From positions 38,760,301 to 38,800,847 of the forward strand of contig NC_068994.1 in the NCBI RefSeq assembly GCF_001194135.2: a stretch of DNA of 40,547 nt. Reading direction: 5' to 3'. The translations under genes and the position numbers were made by a program. This stretch comes from Octopus bimaculoides. Its lineage: Eukaryota. The notes beneath the pieces were generated by a model. That model saw only the letters and a program-made list of their open reading frames with translations, did no database searches and was not told the origin of the DNA. Of this stretch, positions 33,743-40,547 are shown piece by piece. Each line of letters begins with the position of its first letter. The first letter of the stretch is position 1.

Positions 33743-33980
33743 TAGGTGCAGGTATGGCTGTGTATTAAGAGCACATGGTTCTGGGTTCAGTTCTATAGCA
33801 TGGCAAGTGTTTTCTATTATAGATAGAATTTGAAAGAAACCTGCTGTAGATATATATGTATGTGTATATAAAAAAATAAAAAGTCCTTTGGTTGATTTGT
33901 TCAACTAAAATCCTTCAAGTTGGTGCCCCAGCATAGCTGCAGTCAAATGACTGGAAGAAGTAAAGGACAAAGATATAAAG
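33743..33980 (+). mobile_element. SINE family A, internally deleted
   Basis: Head and tail both present, much of the body missing. Confidence 0.7.
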
Positions 33981-34184
33981 TTTTTGTTTTTTTTATTATG
34001 ATACACTATTATAGATGAAGAACACAAAGAAAAAACATTTTCCTCCCCGACAAAATTAGACAATTCTTCCTTCTGTAGTGTACAAAAAAACGACTTAATA
34101 TTTTATCAATAAAACAATGAAAATAACAATAGACTGTTATGAGATTTCATGGACTCTGTTTTTTTAAATGTTATGTGTAAAAGT

Positions 34185-34355
34185 AAACTGTGTATATATC
34201 ACATGTCACAATAAAACAGCTTGATCAAAATGTTTATATAACGCAAATTGTAAAGCTACTAGGTCAAAAAGTGACATTTACAAACTGTGTATATATCACA
34301 TTTTGCAATAAAACCACTAGGTCAAAGAGCATGACATTTACATATTGCATGTGTA

Positions 34356-34403
<48 letters not shown>

Positions 34404-34535
34404 TATATATTGTAATAAAGTTACTAGCTAAAAAATGCTACATTGGAAAACTGTGTGTATATATAAGTGTATACATCATACATCACAATAAAATGGTATA
34501 ATATTTATAAACTGTGTACATGCACATATCACATG
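34185..34535. repeat. Degenerate tandem repeat with AAACTGTGTATATATCACAT core
   Basis: Identical 20-mer at 34185 and 34282; partial copies at 34448 and 34509. Confidence 0.75.
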
Positions 34536-34586
34536 AAAAGGGTGTAACATTTCCTAACTGTTTATTGTATGAAATAGTAATGACAC

Positions 34587-34870
34587 ATGGCCTAGTGGTT
34601 AGGATGTTGTACTCACAATCATGAGATTGTGGTTTCAATTCCTAGACTGGGTGGCGCACTGTGTTCTTGAGCAAAACATTTCATGTCACATTGCTCTGCG
34701 ATCACTTTGACATCTGGCATGTGGTACACTGCACCTGTTCAGGTAAAAGTAATTTGATGGGGGTGGGGGAGTGAGCTAATGTACAGTACATATATTTGAT
34801 TGTTATAAACAAATCATTTATGCAGGTCATTTGACAAAAGCTGAACTCTCATACATCTTTGGCAGAACAG
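34587..34870 (+). mobile_element. tRNA-derived SINE, family C (working label)
   Basis: A-box TGGCCTAGTGG, B-box-like GGTTTCAATTCC and GTGTTCTTGAGCAAAAC body. Confidence 0.8.
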
Positions 34871-35140
34871 TCCATCTTTGTATGAAATATCTAAATATCT
34901 AATATGTGTCGTGAACATTAGAACTAATTTTCCAGACTATTTCACTTCATCTTTTTACACTATATTCTGACTGGTTCAATGTTTGAGTATCTTCAGGAAT
35001 GATATTTCTGTACATTTGTGCACATTATCCAAGAGTGATTATTCTAACAATAAGAACATAACTAATCTTAGTCATAAAACCAAAATCACTTCTTCAAATC
35101 TACTATGGAACCATGCAGATAACCAGAAATAAGACAGCTG

Positions 35141-35366
35141 GTGGGGAGCTGGCAGAAACGTTAGCTCGCCAGGTGAAATGCTTAGCAGTATTTTATCTGC
35201 CCCTATGTTCTGATTTCAAATTCCGCCAAAGTTGACTTAGCCTTTCATTCTTTCGGGGTTGATTAGATAAGTACCAGTTACTGAGGTCGATGTAATCGAC
35301 TTAATCCCTTTGTCTGTCCTTGTTTGTCCTCTCTATGTTTAGCCCCTTGTGGGCAGTAAAGAAATA
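35141..35366 (+). mobile_element. SINE with family B head and core, a different 3' tail, and a 16-bp TSD
   Basis: TSD AGAAATAAGACAGCTG at 35125-35140 and 35367-35382. Confidence 0.9.
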
Positions 35367-35796
35367 AGAAATAAGACAGCTGATAATGATTAAATATAAT
35401 CGTTTGGTGAAACTGGATGTCATCCTCATCATCCTCCTCATCCTCATCATTGTAATCATTGTTGTCATTGATGTTGCACTCATCATTACCATTGTTGTCG
35501 TCATCATCGTTGTCATTGTTGCCATCATCATCATCATCATTGTTGCCATCATTTAATGTCTACTTTTCAATGCTTGCAGGGCTCAGAAGGATTTAGCTGA
35601 GAGAGATTTTCTATGGGTGGATACCTTTTTTGTCACAGCCTCTTACTTCTTTCCAAGCAACATAATATTTCTCCATGGCCAAGACATGTTTTCCAAGGAA
35701 GACTAAAAATGAACATCATTGTATGACGGTGATGTTCTTTTACAATCATCACGTAATGTTAACACTAAAGTATACAAGGAGACACACATACATACA

Positions 35797-35960
35797 CACA
35801 CACACGGTGGGTTTCTTTCAGTTTCCTTCTATGAAATCCATTCACGAGGCTTTTGTTGGCCTGGGGCTGTCACAGAAGACACTTACCTTAGGAGACATTC
35901 TGTGGGATTGAACCTGAAGCCATGTGGCTGGGAAGCAAATTTCTTACCACACAGCTGTGC
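35797..35960 (-). mobile_element. SINE family A, 5' half
   Basis: Reverse-complement match to the head region. Confidence 0.7.
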
Positions 35961-36427
35961 ATACAACAATATTTGAGCAAGAAAGGAAAACAAAATAAAA
36001 AGAAAATTGAGACAAGGTAGTTATGATTGCAATTCATTTCATAATATCTCTGTTCTATCAGGGTTGACTGGTAGCAATCAACAGCTGTAGCAGCAGCAAT
36101 AACAACAACAACAACAATAACAGCAACATCATCAATAGCCTACCTGAACAACAAAGTTGGTTTATTGAAAATACAACTTTAAACTATACATAAAAAAATT
36201 CAAAGCTAGATTCCAATAAAGATATTGTACATATAAAGACAAGGAATTTACATCTGTCCATTACACAGATTGTTGGCTAGAATCTAAAAATCTCTGTAGC
36301 AGAGCATAGCTAATATCTCTTTTTGTTTTTCATGTCAGCTCTCTTCAAAGCATTCACCTCAAATCTAGTGACCCACAATTCTATCTAAGCAGACGTTTTG
36401 ATTTCGGGTCTTTTATCTGTTATTTGT

Positions 36428-36595
36428 TTCAGTTTTTGGACTGACGGGTTTTTAAGTCAAACAAATTGACATCAGCACTTATTTTTTTTTTAAATGTAAT
36501 ACTTATTCCGTTGGTCTCTTTCACCAAACTGCCAAGTAACAGGGATGTAAACAAACCAGCACTGGTTGTCAAGCAATGGTGGGAAATAAACACAG

Positions 36596-36600
<5 letters not shown>
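36428..36600 (-). mobile_element. SINE family A, 3' half
   Basis: Reverse complement of CCACCATTGCTTGACAACCAGTGCTGG...GACCAACGGAATAAGTA. Confidence 0.7.
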
Positions 36601-36636
<36 letters not shown>

Positions 36637-36779
36637 TACACACACACACACACAAACATACACAAACACACACACATGCATGTATATGTGTGTGTGTGTC
36701 TATACATAAATACACACACATACACATATATAAGTATATACATACATTATCTATATATATATATATCATCATATTACCA

Positions 36780-37050
36780 CATTGACCAGACAATTGGATA
36801 TTGATAACACATCACTGGTCACAATGCACTTCAAATTGTTTTAGCCTTAGGATGATGTCACCCCACTGGATGGGTGAGCAGGCAAATATTCCCTCTGACT
36901 GGAAAACTATTCCGTTGTAGGGTTACTCATTTACAGCTGAGTGAACTGGAGTGTTGTTTGCTCAAGAACACATTGTGCTGCCTGCTCTGGGAATTGAACT
37001 CATGATGTAGCAATCATGAGTGCAACACCTTAACTAAACCAGGTGCCTTC
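36780..37050 (-). mobile_element. SINE with a family-C-like head and a different body
   Basis: Minus strand GGTGTTGCACTCATGA...GAGTTCAATTCCC...GTGTTCTTGAGCAAAC then CTCAGCTGTAAATGAGTAACC. Confidence 0.7.
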
Positions 37051-37114
37051 ACGTACACATGCACGCACACACACACACATGGACACACACACACACAGGC
37101 ACACATACATGCAT

Positions 37115-37153
<39 letters not shown>

Positions 37154-37210
37154 TACACACACATGCACATAATGAGCTTCCCCACAAATTCTTCCAAGTT
37201 CACTCGAAAA

Positions 37211-37276
37211 CAGCATGGCCACAGTCAAATGACTGAAACAAGTAAAAGAGTAAAAGAGTAAAAGAGTAAAAGAGTA
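37211..37276 (+). mobile_element. SINE family A (or partner LINE) tail-only insertion
   Basis: CAGCATGGCCACAGTCAAATGACTGAAACAAGTAAAA followed by several GAGTAAAA repeats. Confidence 0.8.
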
Positions 37277-37549
37277 CTGTGTTCAGTCCCAATGTCTGGC
37301 TCTGGTTTCCTGGAAAAGAATTTTAAAAGTATAGCTTCACGTTGATCAATGTCCTATATATTGGTCAACTAAGACTTGGTAGATGGAAAACTGTGTATAA
37401 GTTCTTTGTGTACAGACTGTTTCAGAAGTATGCTTTGTGACTACAAGTTCCTGGGTTCAACCCCAATATGTAGCTTCAAGGGCAAATGTTGTTTTCTGTA
37501 GCCTTGGGCTGATTCATAATTTGTGAGTAACTTATATATGTGAGTGTAT

Positions 37550-37589
<40 letters not shown>

Positions 37590-37879
37590 ACATATATATG
37601 TATATATATTATATAAATTATATATACTATGTTATATATATACGTATATACAATAAAAATGTATATATGCAAATATATATATATATGCATTTTTGTGTGT
37701 GAGTATAAATGTATATGTAAATATATGTAGCAGTGATCTAAACAAATTCACAGATTCAATGATAAATAATTGATAAACACCGAAGAGAAAGAAGAGAAAT
37801 GACAACAGCAATTTATTAATTATTATTATACTATAATTATCATCATTATTTCCCACTTTCTCTTTCTCTTCCTTCTCCT

Positions 37880-38092
37880 CATCATCATGACTATCATCAT
37901 CATAATTATTATCAACACCATCATGCTCATCTTCATCATTTATTATCCTCTACCTTACCATCGTCTACCCTCTTCATCTTAGGGTTATTATAAATGGTGA
38001 TTACAGTGATAATAATTATCACAATTTTCACTTCTGATTCTGCTGCTGCTGCTGTTGCAATTATCATTACCACCACCACCACCACCACCAGT

Positions 38093-38126
<34 letters not shown>

Positions 38127-38550
38127 CCACCACCACCACCACCACCACCACCACCACCACCACCATCATCATCATCATCTTCATCATCATCATCATCATC
38201 ATCCTCATCCTCATCATCATCATCGTCGTCGTCGTCATCGTCGTCGTCGTCATCATCATCATCAACATCATCATCATCATCATTAACACCAGCAGCAGCA
38301 GCAGTAGCTGCATGAAGCTTATCATCGTGACTACCATACCACAAAGACCACCAACACCAGCATCTCATAACCTTCATCATGATTATCATCACCATCACTG
38401 CTGCCATCATCAGGATTATCACCACCACCACCACCACCACCACTACCACCTTCCTTTTTCTCTTCTTTGGTTTCATCACCATCATCACTCTTGCTACAAG
38501 TTTAGCTATTGCTGTTGTTGTTATTGTTGTTCTCGTTCTGGTTGTTGCTG
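37880..38550. repeat. (CAT/CAC/CGT/CAG)n compound microsatellite
   Basis: Direct reading. Confidence 0.95.
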
Positions 38551-39314
38551 AAGAACAAATCATTTTCAAAAGAAATTTTGCTGAGATAAAGAACGAGAGA
38601 GATTGAAAAAGATAATTATCGAACAAACAAATAAACACACATATTCAATATATATATATATATATATATAACATAAACACATACACACAAACAACACAGA
38701 TATAATAGCACAAATACAAACAACACCAAACTAAACAAACAAAAGGGGATGTGAAAGTTAATGATTAAGAAGAAAGGGTTGCTGAAAACAGAGGAAGGAC
38801 TTCAGAAATGCAACAACAACAAGAAGAGAAACAGGAACAAGAATAATAATAATAAGAAGAAGACAACAATGTTAATATAAATAAAAATGAACAAAACATT
38901 GTTTTGAATAAAAGTGGAAAGAGAATGGAGACTTAATGATGAAAAATAAATTATTAACTACAGAATTACAAAATAGGAAGTAGAAAACAAAAAAGATGTT
39001 TGTGATCTTGAAATAAAGAACTTATTGTTTGAAAGAAATGGAGTGTGTTTGGGTGTCCAAGAGATGAAGAATTAAAATGTCACCAGTGAAAGAAGAAGTT
39101 TGGAAGATCAGTGAAGTACACAATATGAACTGATTGGTAAATAATGTAGTGTTGGTGTGAGGAAGGAAAAAGGGGAGGAATTATAGAAGAGAAAGAAATT
39201 GGATGACTAAGAAGGCTACAAGAATTTGCTTGTCAAAACTGACTGGACTAATTGGAGAATTACACCAAAGATAAATACTTGTTTTCTCAGAGTTTTACAA
39301 GGAATATATATATA

Positions 39315-39723
39315 GGCGCAGGAGTGGCTGTGTGGTAAGTAGCTTGCTTACCAACCACATGGTTCCGGGTTCAGTCCCACTGCATGGCATCTTGGGCAAG
39401 TGTCTTCTATTATAGCCTCGGGCCGACCAAAGCCTTGTGAGTGGATTTGGTAGACGGAAACTTAAAGAAGCTCGTCGTATATATGTATATATATATATNN
39501 NNNNNNNNNNNNNNNNNNNNNNNNNNNNNNGTCCCCCTAGCATTGCTTGACAACCAATGCTGGTGTATTTATGTCCCCGTCACTTAGCAGTTCGGCAAAA
39601 GAGACTGATAGAATAAGTACTAGGCTTACAAAGAATAAGTCCCGGGGTCGATTTGCTTGACTAAAGGTGGTGCTCCAGCATGGCTGCAGTCAAATGACTG
39701 AAAACAAGTAAAACAGTAAAAGA

Positions 39724-39724
<1 letters not shown>
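39315..39724 (+). mobile_element. SINE family A, full length, apparently young
   Basis: Intact head GGCGCAGGAGTGGCTGTGTGG with several CpGs retained; 32-nt gap in the internal microsatellite. Confidence 0.9.
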
Positions 39725-39759
<35 letters not shown>

Positions 39760-40027
39760 GTTACCCAGTATTGGGGTGTTTATCAGCTATGTTGTAATCC
39801 ATTAAAATTTAGCCTTACTAACAGTTGAAGTAGTAATAATAGCAGTAGTAATAGCTGTAGTAGTGAGTGGTCTTGTTAATAGTTGGAGTAATAAAAGGGT
39901 GGCAGTGATGGTGGTTGTGGTGTTGTTGTTGTTGGTGATGGTGGTGGTGGTAGTGGTTGTAGGAGGAGTATGGGAGAAGATATTAAAAACATTAAATAAT
40001 GATTAGTAGATTATGCTATGCATGTGC

Positions 40028-40030
<3 letters not shown>

Positions 40031-40088
<58 letters not shown>
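40031..40088. repeat. (TG)n microsatellite
   Basis: Direct reading. Confidence 0.95.
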
Positions 40089-40092
<4 letters not shown>

Positions 40093-40330
40093 AGGAAAAC
40101 AAAAAACAATATCAACTAAAAACAAAATGTAAATGTTGTAAAACAAATATCTGTGGAAATGCAAAGTACGGCTTTAACATTGATTAACTATATGATCATT
40201 TATTAATTTATTATGCATGATTTATTGGTGTATGCCATGCTGTGAATGTATGAATATGCACATACATGCATACATACATACATACATATGAATGTGTATA
40301 TATATATATATACATCATCATCATCATCAT

Positions 40331-40547
40331 CATCGTTTAACGTCCGCTTTCCATGCTAGCATGGGTTGGATGATTTGACTGAGGACTGGTGAAACCGGAT
40401 GGCAACACCAGGCTCCAGTCTAATTTGGCAGAGTTTCTACAGCTGGATGCCCTTCCTAACGCCAACCACTCAGAGAGTGTAGTGGGTGCTTTTACGTGTC
40501 ACCCGCACGAAAACGGCCACGCTCGAAATGGTGTCTTTTAAGTGCCA
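40331..40547 (-). mobile_element. Young non-LTR/SINE-type repeat 3' end with (ATG)n tail, cut by the window edge
   Basis: (CAT)n then GTTTAACGTCCGCTTTCCATGCTAGCATGGG...CAGCTGGATGCCCTTCCTAACGCCAACC, CpG-rich. Diverged relatives at ~17330-17365 and ~35545-35700. Confidence 0.75.

Noticed and set aside
14255-39724. tRNA genes
   Set aside because: A/B-box-like motifs belong to SINE heads; no complete cloverleaf seen.
402-40547. Dozens of track ORFs rich in poly-I/N/M/V/H/T/S or YI/CV/HT dipeptides, or containing X runs
   Set aside because: Stop-free frames of microsatellites and N gaps; no domain content.

Overview
AT-rich, microsatellite-dense animal genomic DNA with 7 assembly gaps. The protocadherin type, SINE content and repeat style suggest an octopus (coleoid cephalopod); this is inferred, not verified. 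The only intact protein-coding sequence is one minus-strand protocadherin. Its large exon (7235-4776) encodes a signal peptide, six cadherin (EC) repeats, a TM helix and the proximal cytoplasmic tail. A probable non-coding first exon and promoter lie at about 11285-11712, and I could not identify the downstream exon(s). The remaining sequence is transposon debris: a hAT transposase relic, a CCHC zinc-knuckle relic, an R4/Dong-like LINE 3' end, two Tc1/mariner deletion derivatives with TIRs, several tRNA-derived SINE families, minisatellites and compound microsatellites. Nearly all other ORFs in the track are microsatellite or gap artefacts. Top leads, all hypotheses: (1) five canonical acidic Ca2+-ligand positions are encoded as Asn (AAY), one A-to-I edit from Asp; (2) a degenerate EC3-EC4 Ca2+ linker; (3) a candidate promoter plus an upstream POU-octamer cluster; (4) (AAT)n arrays acting as retroelement landing pads next to the promoter.
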